Of a DNA stretch of 64,000 bases, positions 45,102 to 54,559 are shown piece by piece. The translations under genes and the position numbers were made by a program. The DNA comes from Euryarchaeota archaeon TMED117 (GTDB lineage Archaea; Thermoplasmatota; Poseidoniia; Poseidoniales; Poseidoniaceae). The first letter of the stretch is position 1, and each line of letters starts with the position of its first letter. The stretch is from positions 1,062 through 65,061 of the forward strand of contig NHFS02000013.1 in NCBI GenBank assembly GCA_002171315.2, in the 5' to 3' direction. The notes beneath the pieces were generated by a model. That model saw nothing but the letters and a program-made list of their open reading frames with translations, did not search any database and was not told the origin of the DNA.

Positions 45102-46817
45102 TTATTCATGCATGAGTAAGAAATCATCTTTTCTGATGATCGCATAACCAATGCGTTCGAGTTGAACAATTGTTCCAATTGGATATTGATGTTCCTCAAC
45201 TTTACCCTGTATGTGTTCAATCTTCTCTTGAAGGGGAAGAGTAAGAGTCGCGTCTTTCGATGAATCAGTTGAAACCCAATGGATGATCGGTCGTCTGTCA
45301 CTTCGAGAGGTCGAACCTAATTCACCACCCTCGTTAATATCTGCAAATTCCTTTAATCGGTATGTCGTGTTCTGAGAATCTTCCATTTCAATTAATATCT
45401 GATTGCTATGCATAGCAATCTTTCTTTTACCCATTGATTCATGGTTTGGATGAACCGGCATTTCGATGACAGGGGGAATGTCTCCCTGAATGGTGACCTC
45501 AACAGGATTTCTTACGAAGGACAAGCGTGGAGCGTCGTCATCAATACCTTTCGTATTGTGTGAGAAAAGCGTTGCTAAAGGTACTGAAATGTCTTTTTGG
45601 GTCACGCCCAGTTCAATCCAGAAATTTCGAAGAGCACCTGGTTGTATTCCTCGTAATTTGAGTCCCTGCAACGTAGGAAGTCTCGGATCATCCCACCCAG
45701 TGTACTCTCCATTTTCGATGGATGCTCTCATCTTCGAGGTGGAAAAGCCGCCCCATTCGTGAACTTTTACTCGTCCCCAGTATATTGTCTCAGGATATTC
45801 CCATCCAAAGTGTTCGTACAGGAGTGTTTGTTTACGTGTCGAATCCATGAGATCTTTCCCACGAACGATATGTGTCACGCCTTGAAGTTGGTCCTCCACC
45901 GCACTTTGGAAGTCCAATAATGGCCATACTCGATAAGTTGATCCAATCTGTGGTCTTGGATGAGGGTTCTTTTCTGTGTCTTGAATTCTCAATGCTGGCC
46001 AATCACGTAATGCTGGATTTTTCAGCGTCATATCGGTTTTTACACGAACTACAGCATCACCTGGTCGATATGAACCATCGAGCATGAAGTTCCATCCCTC
46101 TAGATTTTTCTCTACAGATTTGTCTCTACAGGGACAATTTTGTTTCGTTTCACGATATGTTCGGAAATCTTCAGCAGAGCATTGACAGATGTAACCAAAC
46201 CCTTCATTCAACATACGTTCTGTGTGTTCATAATACAATTGGATTCGATCACTTGCGATGACGATTCGATCCGCAGGACGCCCAAGGAGCCACTCCACTT
46301 CTTGTGGAATGATATCATAAGCATCTAACATTGGAGGCTTCACTGTCGTGTCTGTATCATCAAATCTGAGAATTAAGGTTCCTTTGTGTTCATGCGCATA
46401 TGTGCCATTGATGACGACACCCCGGGCATGACCAAACGAGAGTGGACCATTTGGATTAGGGGCAAACCGAAGGACAATTTCCTTTCCTTCAGTATTTTTC
46501 AAAGGAGGTAGACCTTCTCTTCTTTCCTGCTTTTGACGACCTTCAAGAAGATGAGGTGCTTCTTCGAGAAGAAGAGTTTCGATATGTTCTAGACCTTTTT
46601 CTTGAGCAAGCGAATTTGCTTTAGCAACAGATTGAGCCACTAAAGGGCTAATTTGTCCACCATGTTGGCGAAGATCAGCACGTGTACTCATTATACGTCC
46701 AATAACTGAACCTGCAGCACCTTTTCCATCATATTCAAATGCGTTTTGCAAGGAAAGATGCCAAATTAGATCTTCAGTCTCAGCATCTGGTGACCACGAC
46801 ATAAACTGGCCTGTCAT
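45102..46817 (-). CDS. gltX: glutamyl-tRNA synthetase, archaeal/eukaryal type
   Basis: RFAPNPNGPLSFGHARGVVING is the class I HIGH region. Also present are VTHIVRGKDL and WGGFSTSKMR (KMSKS-like). The start is uncertain: ATG 46817 avoids overlap with rnhB, and the alternatives are 46844, 46802 and the ORF-track start at 46901. Confidence 0.85.
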   Translation of the reverse strand: MTGQFMSWSPDAETEDLIWHLSLQNAFEYDGKGAAGSVIGRIMSTRADLRQHGGQISPLVAQSVAKANSLAQEKGLEHIETLLLEEAPHLLEGRQKQERREGLPPLKNTEGKEIVLRFAPNPNGPLSFGHARGVVINGTYAHEHKGTLILRFDDTDTTVKPPMLDAYDIIPQEVEWLLGRPADRIVIASDRIQLYYEHTERMLNEGFGYICQCSAEDFRTYRETKQNCPCRDKSVEKNLEGWNFMLDGSYRPGDAVVRVKTDMTLKNPALRDWPALRIQDTEKNPHPRPQIGSTYRVWPLLDFQSAVEDQLQGVTHIVRGKDLMDSTRKQTLLYEHFGWEYPETIYWGRVKVHEWGGFSTSKMRASIENGEYTGWDDPRLPTLQGLKLRGIQPGALRNFWIELGVTQKDISVPLATLFSHNTKGIDDDAPRLSFVRNPVEVTIQGDIPPVIEMPVHPNHESMGKRKIAMHSNQILIEMEDSQNTTYRLKEFADINEGGELGSTSRSDRRPIIHWVSTDSSKDATLTLPLQEKIEHIQGKVEEHQYPIGTIVQLERIGYAIIRKDDFLLMHE

Positions 46818-46824
46818 CGTTGCT

Positions 46825-47577
46825 TCATGAACTCGTTGCTTCATCTGGGTTGGAAAAGAGGTTTGGCCCAGAAAGTTCTCTTTTCGGCAGTGGAGATTCA
46901 TAGTTCTTCAACCAGAATCGTTCCACAGTTGCCCAAGACCAACGTATTTCTTCATGTATTCCATCTTCCCTAATCAAATCAGGTAATGCCTTTACTGTGT
47001 TCGGATCTGATGGATAACCGCTTCCAACAGGTTTGCCTAGTTCAGTAGCTATACGATCGATTTCCATATCTCGAACAACTTTGGCAAGAATCGATGCTCC
47101 TCCCACAATTCGATGGTTCGTATCTGCTTTATGTTCAGCAATCATTGTGGTTTTCATCCATGGCCAACCATTCAATCGTTCAGATATTCGATTTCTAAAT
47201 CGTTCTTCGTTAACGTCACAAGCATCCAGTAAAATGTTGAGTTCCTTGTTGAATGTTTGTTGATGTCGATTAAGAATCGAAGCAAAAAGATCAACTTCCA
47301 AAATGTTCAGACCTTGGCCGTAAACTGCGGTATCGATTCGATTTGGTGGACAAACAATCGTTTCAGCATACCATCCTCTTTCTGATGCTTGCTTCTTCAA
47401 CCAATCATAATGCAGTTTCCGTTTTGCATGGGTAAGATGTTTTGAATCCTCGATGTTTTGTTCTTCTAACATGAATTCATCATCTTTTGGTATTGACAAA
47501 AGGCCAACTACGAGCGGTCCGAGAACAGGTCCTCTTCCAGCCTCATCAACACCAACCAATCGCATGATATCCCTCAT
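46825..47577 (-). CDS. rnhB: ribonuclease HII
   Basis: MRLVGVDEAGRGPVLGPLVV carries the DEAGRG catalytic motif. GGASILAKVVRD and GSGYPSD are also present. The start overlaps the upstream stop (ATGA at 47574-47577). Confidence 0.9.
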   Translation of the reverse strand: MRDIMRLVGVDEAGRGPVLGPLVVGLLSIPKDDEFMLEEQNIEDSKHLTHAKRKLHYDWLKKQASERGWYAETIVCPPNRIDTAVYGQGLNILEVDLFASILNRHQQTFNKELNILLDACDVNEERFRNRISERLNGWPWMKTTMIAEHKADTNHRIVGGASILAKVVRDMEIDRIATELGKPVGSGYPSDPNTVKALPDLIREDGIHEEIRWSWATVERFWLKNYESPLPKRELSGPNLFSNPDEATSS

Positions 47578-50003
47578 AAATCGAATTCATCATTTTGTTT
47601 AGATTTTGGAGGCAAAGATGTTTCTTTGGCCTGCTTTCCAGATATGAGGTTTTGAGTATCATGTCGGATGGTACGTTCTGCTATATTTTGAACGGGACTC
47701 AAGTTTTGATTTTCAACGTGTTGGGTTGCAATTCCATCAGATTGTATTGCATGAGCAATCTCATCGATTTGGGCCTTCTGAGCTTCGAGTGCATGATGAT
47801 CTAGAACCGTTGTAGCAACATTTCGAACATCTTCTGGAAGTGGTTCAAGCGCCTGCGAAGGGCCCTTTGATGAAGCCTTGAAAGCAGCTTCAAATTGTTC
47901 GGAAGATACTTGAGGACTCTCAGGAATCTGTGTTGCCGTGGTTTCTTTACGTTCAAATTTTTGCAGCCAATCCCCTTCTTCTTCAGGTTCTTGTTGCATG
48001 AGATTCTTCTGGAGGTTTTCCAGTTCCTTTCGCTGAATGCGATCACGTACTGCTTTGTTGAGGACTATTGAAGCGATTGCGACTGCTGCAATAACCAGCC
48101 ACCATGCCATGAACAAATCAGTCACATCAGTTGCAAATTCTGAAAACGAGTATGAATCCTCTTCTTCTTCTGTAATCCAATTTTCACCTAAGAAATCGTA
48201 CTCTATTGTATAGATAAATTCGGTTTCTGGATCAAATACTGAACGAACAACAATGTCTAGGACAAGGGTTCCATTCGTTATTTGTTTTGTTGGAACATCT
48301 GCAGTCCCTCTTATTGTAAAGTTTGAATCCCGAGATAATCCTTCGATTTCAAAAGTTCTTGGATATTCAACACCATCTTCCACAATGGCTCCATCTGGAG
48401 GATTGAATCCCATGTCAGTTGAATGCGAGGATCGGAGTTGAACAATCAGTCCATCATTCAAGTTTCCATCATTTCGCAATCGGACTGAAAAACTCAATGT
48501 ATCTGTGGAATCAACTTCTGAATTAGCATCCAAAAATGCCCAGTTTACATTTGGTCCAACAAGGACCTCAATTTCATAGGTATTAATGGCAGAACCGCCT
48601 TCAAATATCATTTGAAACTCAACCTTTCCTTGGGTATATGCAGTAGCATTTTCATCGATGTTGATTTGAAGAACATCTTCTGTTGTACTTCCATATCGAG
48701 GTATGGTGATTATATCCAAAGCAATGTCCACAGATGACACAAAATCTGGATAAGAAAGAACCTCGATTTGGAACTGATCATTGTAGTTTCCTTTATTCTG
48801 AATTTCAAGAGTTGCATAACATGAATCACCTGGTTGAAGATACAAGCAATCGGTTGGCAGTATGTTTTCTTCAACACTACGAATCCAATCGATTTCAGTT
48901 TGAGCAGTCTTTTGCACAGTACGGAAAGGGAAATTCGTCGGGTTGATGAATAAATCAACGGCTAATGTTCCACCTGTTTGTAAAGGAGCTTCGACACCGA
49001 TTTGTATCGTTCTTGTTTCATTGGGAAATAAAATCGTATCTTCAAAGGCGTTGAATAGAGCAACAGTCCACCCATCGATTGACAGTCTATCCGACTTCTC
49101 AAGTTGTTTAGTTGCTCCATCAATGACGATATTTCCGAGCATCATTGAAATCGTATCAGGCGTATTGCCAGTATTACGTACGATGACATCGATACGGTCA
49201 TTACCTCCGGGATCAAGAGTTACATTTGATTCGACAGAATCAATACTTACATTTCTATAAGCAGTGATTTCAAGAGAAAATTCCCATGTGATAACTGCAT
49301 AATCAAGCCCAGAAGTTCCTGTTAAAATGAATGTTGGGCCTTCATATGCAAGAGGGGCACCATCGATCACAACCGGTGCTTCAACCCAAATACGAACAAA
49401 ATCCATTGTATTTGGTAAGAGAGTCAACATAGAATCTTCACCTTGAATCTCATCCATATTCCAGCCCCAATTCCAATTCGATGTCGTTTGAATACTGAAT
49501 GTAATATCATCCTGTAGTGAAGCATTACTCGTAATATTTGTCGCTACATTTGTTGTAATTCCAGGGTCGATGACAAAGGTAGATGATTGTGTATTTCCGA
49601 ATTGGATTGCAGAAGGTGTGGTGATTTGTGTTGTAACATTTAGGTAAAAGGTATGATTATCCGATAGGTCAACTATTGAAATTGCTAATGTTTCATTTAC
49701 ACACGATGTCGATTGGGGCAATGTCATTGTCCACAAAAATCGATTTGTTTCTCCTGGAGCAAACACAATCTCTTGACCGTTACCGGAAAAAGAGGCTTGG
49801 ACGTTTAATTGCAATTGGAGTTTCAATGTCGTTGAATCTTCTCCAAAGTACTCGACATCGGCATATTGTTGCACTGTATCTCCTGGATATGCTACATAGT
49901 GTTGCATAGGTGTTATCTCTACGCGGGAATCTGTATCTGCAATAACAACGTATGGCATTGTTAGTATGAACAACAGTGCGAAGGCAATGCATTTGTTGTT
50001 CAT
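47574..50003 (-). CDS. surface protein: signal peptide, CARDB-like repeats, one TM helix, cytoplasmic tail of about 190 aa
   Basis: I prefer the start MNNKCIAFALLFILTMPYVVIA (ATG 50003). Repeats of the type VRNTGNTPDTISM, IQNKGNYNDQFQIEV and LRNDGNLNDGLIV are present. The TM helix is FMAWWLVIAAVAIASIVL, followed by a charged tail. The 80 codons upstream in the ORF track are low-complexity and run into the divergent gene. Confidence 0.8.
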   Translation of the reverse strand: MNNKCIAFALLFILTMPYVVIADTDSRVEITPMQHYVAYPGDTVQQYADVEYFGEDSTTLKLQLQLNVQASFSGNGQEIVFAPGETNRFLWTMTLPQSTSCVNETLAISIVDLSDNHTFYLNVTTQITTPSAIQFGNTQSSTFVIDPGITTNVATNITSNASLQDDITFSIQTTSNWNWGWNMDEIQGEDSMLTLLPNTMDFVRIWVEAPVVIDGAPLAYEGPTFILTGTSGLDYAVITWEFSLEITAYRNVSIDSVESNVTLDPGGNDRIDVIVRNTGNTPDTISMMLGNIVIDGATKQLEKSDRLSIDGWTVALFNAFEDTILFPNETRTIQIGVEAPLQTGGTLAVDLFINPTNFPFRTVQKTAQTEIDWIRSVEENILPTDCLYLQPGDSCYATLEIQNKGNYNDQFQIEVLSYPDFVSSVDIALDIITIPRYGSTTEDVLQINIDENATAYTQGKVEFQMIFEGGSAINTYEIEVLVGPNVNWAFLDANSEVDSTDTLSFSVRLRNDGNLNDGLIVQLRSSHSTDMGFNPPDGAIVEDGVEYPRTFEIEGLSRDSNFTIRGTADVPTKQITNGTLVLDIVVRSVFDPETEFIYTIEYDFLGENWITEEEEDSYSFSEFATDVTDLFMAWWLVIAAVAIASIVLNKAVRDRIQRKELENLQKNLMQQEPEEEGDWLQKFERKETTATQIPESPQVSSEQFEAAFKASSKGPSQALEPLPEDVRNVATTVLDHHALEAQKAQIDEIAHAIQSDGIATQHVENQNLSPVQNIAERTIRHDTQNLISGKQAKETSLPPKSKQNDEFDL

Positions 50004-50094
50004 GTCTGTGCTATGACCTATGGGATTTGAAGCACACGGCAAGATGTTCACATCAATTCCAAAGTAATATGAATCAAAATTGATAGGGCCGTTT

Positions 50095-50463
50095 ATGCCT
50101 CCATTTTGGCCTTTTAAGCGTTCAAAAAATAAATCAGTAGAACTTGAAGAAGAAGCTCCAGAAGCAATTGTGTATCGTAAAAACGAAGAGGTACACACAG
50201 AAAAACATGCTAAATCCGTTGAAAGAAACGATGCAGCATACAAAGACGCACTCGCATTGTTTGGTGGTGGTGATACAACCGTTACGGCATCAACTAATGT
50301 GGCCGATCAATACGATGGAGTTGCAGATAATGATGATTCAGAGGCTCATGCCGAATGGTTTCATCACACAGATGGCTATCATTACCAAAAGAAATCAGAC
50401 GGTAGTTTTCTTCCAACACCCCATCTGAAACAAGCAGACGGCTCGTATGTTCCATATTCTTAA
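50095..50463 (+). CDS. hypothetical small acidic protein with a His/Trp/Tyr-rich C-terminus
   Basis: The ORF starts at TTG 50080 or ATG 50095. The C-terminus is HAEWFHHTDGYHYQKKSDGSFLPTPHLKQADGSYVPYS. There is no TM helix. Its stop overlaps the convergent SRAP gene stop (TTAA at 50460-50463). Confidence 0.4.
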   Translation: MPPFWPFKRSKNKSVELEEEAPEAIVYRKNEEVHTEKHAKSVERNDAAYKDALALFGGGDTTVTASTNVADQYDGVADNDDSEAHAEWFHHTDGYHYQKKSDGSFLPTPHLKQADGSYVPYS

Positions 50464-51089
50464 TCGAATAATGTTCGTATTGGACTAGTAAGTCCCACAC
50501 CTTTTGCAGTGGTTGAATTTACTTTTCGATCAACTGGATGGACATTAATCGGCAAAGAGATGTTCTCGAATGTCCCGTTTTCCAGCCAGTTGTTCACAGA
50601 ACCTTCTGGAACAAGCAGAGGCATTCTTTCATGAATATGAGAGATTGAATCATGAGATGTTGTTGTCAAAATACAAAAGGTTCTCTTTGTTTGGTTTCCA
50701 TCGACCCAATCATCGTAAATCCCTGCGAAGAAAATTGTATCATTTCCCTCAGATTGATGATAGAATGGTACTTTTCCATTAGGTGTCGTTTTCCATTCAT
50801 ACCAACCATTCGCAGGTATAAGACAACGTCTTCTTTGAAATGAATCACGAAACATTGGTTTTTCAGATACAGTTTCAAATCGTGCATTGATGGGTTCCAT
50901 CGAACTTTTTTTACTCCAAGATGGTCGAAATCCCCACTTCATTGATGTGATATTATGGCCCTCATTTTCCATCGTAAGGCAATGAACATTGTCTTGTGGC
51001 GATATGTTGTAATTTGGCTCAATATTAGGAGGTTTAGCCGTCACAACATCTGGCCATTGCTCTCCATCGAAAGCAAATCTTCCACACAT
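50460..51089 (-). CDS. SOS response-associated peptidase (SRAP / YedK-HMCES family), abasic-site processing protein
   Basis: The N-terminus is MCGRFA, with the catalytic Cys at position 2. Conserved YNISPQ, RCLIPANGWYEW and FFAGIYD motifs are present. The length of 209 aa is typical of the family. Confidence 0.85.
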   Translation of the reverse strand: MCGRFAFDGEQWPDVVTAKPPNIEPNYNISPQDNVHCLTMENEGHNITSMKWGFRPSWSKKSSMEPINARFETVSEKPMFRDSFQRRRCLIPANGWYEWKTTPNGKVPFYHQSEGNDTIFFAGIYDDWVDGNQTKRTFCILTTTSHDSISHIHERMPLLVPEGSVNNWLENGTFENISLPINVHPVDRKVNSTTAKGVGLTSPIRTLFD

Positions 51090-51098
51090 AGAATTACC

Positions 51099-52844
51099 TC
51101 ATACTGGGTCGATAAGACATCGGTTTAAGCCATCGACATCAAACTCAGCAGCATTCATTGGGACAAGTAATTCGAATGTTTGGCCAATCGAGGGGTCTAT
51201 CTCTCCAAAGCATCCAACCCATTCACCTTTGATGAGTACCTTTGCAGCCCGACCAGCCAGCCAAGGGCCTTCATTGTCAGGAAGTGGTTCAATTTTTACT
51301 TCTGATGCACCCATATCTCTCAGGAAGGCTTGAATTCTTCCACGAATTGCGGCAAATCCACCGCTCTTTTCTGCGGTGATGAATGCGAGACGTTGTGTGT
51401 TTTTATGGTCTCGAACAACGGTCCCTAATTCGTAAACAGATTGTGGGAGATCATGGTGACGATTTGTTGCTAAAAGTTTCAACAGTCCAGGAAGTAAGAA
51501 CTGTCGCATCATCGTGTGCTCTTGCGTGATTGGATTGGTAATCTGCGTTATTTCATTGGTTGGAATCCACCGCATTCTCTCAAACTGATCGAATTCATTT
51601 GATAATGTAAGTGATTGAATTTGCATAAAACCCATGCCTTGCATGGACGTTCTGATTCTTCTTCGAAGATGTTCATCCTCTCTTGGAATAGCATTCATTG
51701 GAGCACGGGGTACATCTTCTCCTAAGTCTTCAAAACCATGTCCAATAGCGAGGTCTTCGACGATATCTACTGGATGTAAGATATCAAATCTCCAGCGAGG
51801 CATTTCGAAAAGAAGCATGTTTTCGCCATCGTGCGCAAACTGCATTGAATTTCCCTCCTGAATTTCTTCAGGTCTTGCGAGGTCTCTTCCTACGAAGTTC
51901 CCACCCATTCGTGCAATGGATTGTTCCATTTCCTCATCTGTTAATTCTCTTCCTAGTATTGTTTTAACCAGACGCTCAGGTATTCGGTGTTCAACTGGGG
52001 TCCAATTGGGAAGAACTTCTTCGTTACCGTCGCAATCGGTGAGTTTCACAGATTGAATTTCACCTCCACGCTGTTTGGCTTGTAATGCAACCAACATAAG
52101 GCATGATTCGCAGGCTCTTCTATCCCATCCGGTAACATCAATGAACAAATCCCGAGTACCCGAATGCACTGTTGTGTGAGCTCCATTAATGATTGGAGGG
52201 AATGATAATACTGAGCCAGAGGCATCTTCGATAATCGGTACCATGCTCATTCCATCGAGAAGATGTGCGTAATCGATGCCCTTGGGATGCTCTGTGAGTA
52301 TTGATTCAATATCCATTTCAGTCTGATTTGCTAATGGTATGAATGAATGTGACCTGGGGACAGCTCTCACCTTGAATGGTGCTTTGATCGATTTGAGATC
52401 GTGAACGCCAATACTCGCTCTTCTTCTTCCACGGCCTAAAGCAAAGTGTAACTTTTCTTGATGATCCATGAGATTTTTTATGAATGAATCCATTTCATCA
52501 TCATCCTTCATTTGAATTCCTTTCACAACAGCACCGAGAATGATAGGCCGTATTGTTTTCAATTCAGAATCAACGCTGATATGGATTCCACTATCTGTCA
52601 ATGATTCTCGTTCCAATGTTGCCTTGTTATGCAGAAAAGCCCTCATGGCAACTGAAAGTGTTTCACCACTCAATAAATCAGGACGGTCGGGAAATATCTC
52701 GATATCCAATGTCTCTTCATTGCACGTATCTATGTCAGTACCCAGTAACGGAAGTCTGTGATCGACATCTTCGATATCATGCGAGCAGCCATGGTCAGAC
52801 ATTAATTGGGCCAAGAGACTTTGTTCAACAGATATTGTTGGCAT
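51099..52844 (-). CDS. pheT: phenylalanyl-tRNA synthetase beta subunit, archaeal type
   Basis: The protein starts MPTISVEQSLLAQLM (ATG 52844). The B3/4-like and B5-like regions have the layout typical of archaeal PheT (about 580 aa), e.g. DVTGWDR, EDLAIGHGFE and HHDLPQSVYELG. No pheS is adjacent in the window. Confidence 0.8.
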   Translation of the reverse strand: MPTISVEQSLLAQLMSDHGCSHDIEDVDHRLPLLGTDIDTCNEETLDIEIFPDRPDLLSGETLSVAMRAFLHNKATLERESLTDSGIHISVDSELKTIRPIILGAVVKGIQMKDDDEMDSFIKNLMDHQEKLHFALGRGRRRASIGVHDLKSIKAPFKVRAVPRSHSFIPLANQTEMDIESILTEHPKGIDYAHLLDGMSMVPIIEDASGSVLSFPPIINGAHTTVHSGTRDLFIDVTGWDRRACESCLMLVALQAKQRGGEIQSVKLTDCDGNEEVLPNWTPVEHRIPERLVKTILGRELTDEEMEQSIARMGGNFVGRDLARPEEIQEGNSMQFAHDGENMLLFEMPRWRFDILHPVDIVEDLAIGHGFEDLGEDVPRAPMNAIPREDEHLRRRIRTSMQGMGFMQIQSLTLSNEFDQFERMRWIPTNEITQITNPITQEHTMMRQFLLPGLLKLLATNRHHDLPQSVYELGTVVRDHKNTQRLAFITAEKSGGFAAIRGRIQAFLRDMGASEVKIEPLPDNEGPWLAGRAAKVLIKGEWVGCFGEIDPSIGQTFELLVPMNAAEFDVDGLNRCLIDPV

Positions 52845-52854
52845 ACTATCACCC

Positions 52855-54474
52855 TTAACGTGCAAACCAATGCGGTAGTGGACGCTCATAACCAGACATT
52901 CGTAGTCCACTAACTGAAGCAGTATCGTGGTCCAATGCTCTTAGATGTGAGCGTTGTAAGATGTCTATTGAATCGAGGCCCAAATTTCGGAGAGTGTTTT
53001 GAAGATCAATGGTCAGTCCTTGCAACCAATATTCAATATCGTCAATTTCAAGCATGGGCGGTTCTGTAATGACGAAATCAGCACCAGCACATCGGGCTAC
53101 AACGACATCATGTGCATCCGAAGTGAAACCAAATTCAAGTGCAGTAATTACGGATGTTTTATCCAATTCATTCTTTTTGGAGCGGCCCATAATCGGTAAG
53201 GTTGCGGCTTCAGGCGTCCCAGATCCATCTTCGATTCGTGAAATTGCTGCCTGAACCTCATGGTATGCTGAAGATTGATGATGTGACTGAATTCTGGATA
53301 TTCCTTGCAACGTCATGATTGGAGACTGTGTCGTCATAAGAGTTCGAATTGCTACGAGCAATCCATCGATCTCTTCTGGATTCATCGAAGGCAAACTGTC
53401 CATGTCTATACAAACACCTGATACTACAGGAGCGGTTGAAATTAAATTGCAAAGCGATTGAAGGTTAAGTTGCACGATGTCAATAGGACGTGGGTTTTCG
53501 ATAACTAAGAATGGCTGACTTTGGATCCGAGTTAATCTACCCGAACTGTTGTCTTCAGTGCGCAGTAAGTTTCCATCAGGAATGCGTGGTAGAATTGGAA
53601 TTGGTAACATTATAGCAGGTGCTTCCTCCTCAGTACCTGGGATGAAAGCAACTGTGTCAACAGGATGGTTCTCAATCAGAGTTTGCTCACCCATCGGTAC
53701 GAGGCCAATTGTGGATAAATCCCCTGATGAGACATGATTTGACTGTACTTCTAATCCAATTTCGTCATTTGGCTCGAGGCAGAGTGCATCGTCTGATAAG
53801 ACGGTGTCATAATCTAATAGGATAGAATTTATTTCTTTCAATTCTTTTGCTTTTAGTGGACGAAGACTGATGCCAAGAGGTGGTGTTGGACAGCGCCCTT
53901 CGATGATAATCCGACCGCCTTTCATTGCAATTCCAACATCCTCTTCTACATCGCCTTGAATGATGATGAGTCCTCCAGTCATTCCGTTTCCAAGTCGGCT
54001 TCCGACTTGTCCCTGAACAAAGATGGTTCCTTCTGACATGAACATGCCAAGATCTGTATCTGCACCTTCTGAGCCAACAAGCGTTCCTTCTTGCATCATG
54101 AATCCACCACAACGACCAATGAAACCAGTACATGTGACTGTGCTACCGTTGTTGTATGCTCCGAAGAATGAGCCAACTTCGCCTTCGACATTGAATCTAC
54201 CACCTGCTCCAAATGGAGATGTCCATGATCCGAGTTTTCCAAGAGCCTTGATTCGTGCTCCTTCGGGAATACCAGGACATAATCCGACTTCACCATTCTT
54301 AGGAACTTCTTCACCAGAGCCGGTCCAACCGATTCGTAGGAGTGCGTTTTGCTCTACGGCCGCTTTTAGCCGTGGCAAAAATTTCGCATTGATACTCATA
54401 GAGCGTTCAACAACATCCTGGGCTCCCGCCATGTTCCTATGGCGGTGAATGTCGGTCAAATAACCTCGCGTCAT
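52855..54474 (-). CDS. GXGXG-motif protein (glutamate synthase domain 3 / FwdC-like beta-helix) with a divergent C-terminal extension
   Basis: The N-terminal half carries repeated Gly-rich beta-helix units: FNVEGEVGSFFGAYNNGSTVTCTGFIGRCGGFMMQEGTLVGS and IFVQGQVGSRLGNGMTGGLIIIQGDVEEDVGIAMKGGRIIIEG. The C-terminal part, about 330 aa, only faintly resembles the end of the GltS FMN domain (ALEFGF and RNLGLDSIDILQRSHL). I see no GGTGA motif and no Cys cluster. Confidence 0.6.
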   Translation of the reverse strand: MTRGYLTDIHRHRNMAGAQDVVERSMSINAKFLPRLKAAVEQNALLRIGWTGSGEEVPKNGEVGLCPGIPEGARIKALGKLGSWTSPFGAGGRFNVEGEVGSFFGAYNNGSTVTCTGFIGRCGGFMMQEGTLVGSEGADTDLGMFMSEGTIFVQGQVGSRLGNGMTGGLIIIQGDVEEDVGIAMKGGRIIIEGRCPTPPLGISLRPLKAKELKEINSILLDYDTVLSDDALCLEPNDEIGLEVQSNHVSSGDLSTIGLVPMGEQTLIENHPVDTVAFIPGTEEEAPAIMLPIPILPRIPDGNLLRTEDNSSGRLTRIQSQPFLVIENPRPIDIVQLNLQSLCNLISTAPVVSGVCIDMDSLPSMNPEEIDGLLVAIRTLMTTQSPIMTLQGISRIQSHHQSSAYHEVQAAISRIEDGSGTPEAATLPIMGRSKKNELDKTSVITALEFGFTSDAHDVVVARCAGADFVITEPPMLEIDDIEYWLQGLTIDLQNTLRNLGLDSIDILQRSHLRALDHDTASVSGLRMSGYERPLPHWFAR

Positions 54475-54559
54475 TGAGATTGGTTTTTATCGTATTTTTG
54501 AACTACGTTTTACCGCGAACTGTTTATTGACATTCGCTGATGCCATAGTGATGAGCATC

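Noticed and set aside
50004-50243. 80-codon N-terminal extension of the 889-aa ORF (MYAASFLSTDLACF...SSSSS...)
   Set aside because: A canonical signal peptide begins at the internal Met (ATG 50003). The extension is low-complexity and overlaps the divergent 50080/50095 gene. Similar upstream extensions were trimmed at 38800-38907 (arcS), 40623-40739 (rps15), 52845-52910 (pheT), 54527-54559 (gap), 31787-31843, 18845-18886 and 42570-42599.
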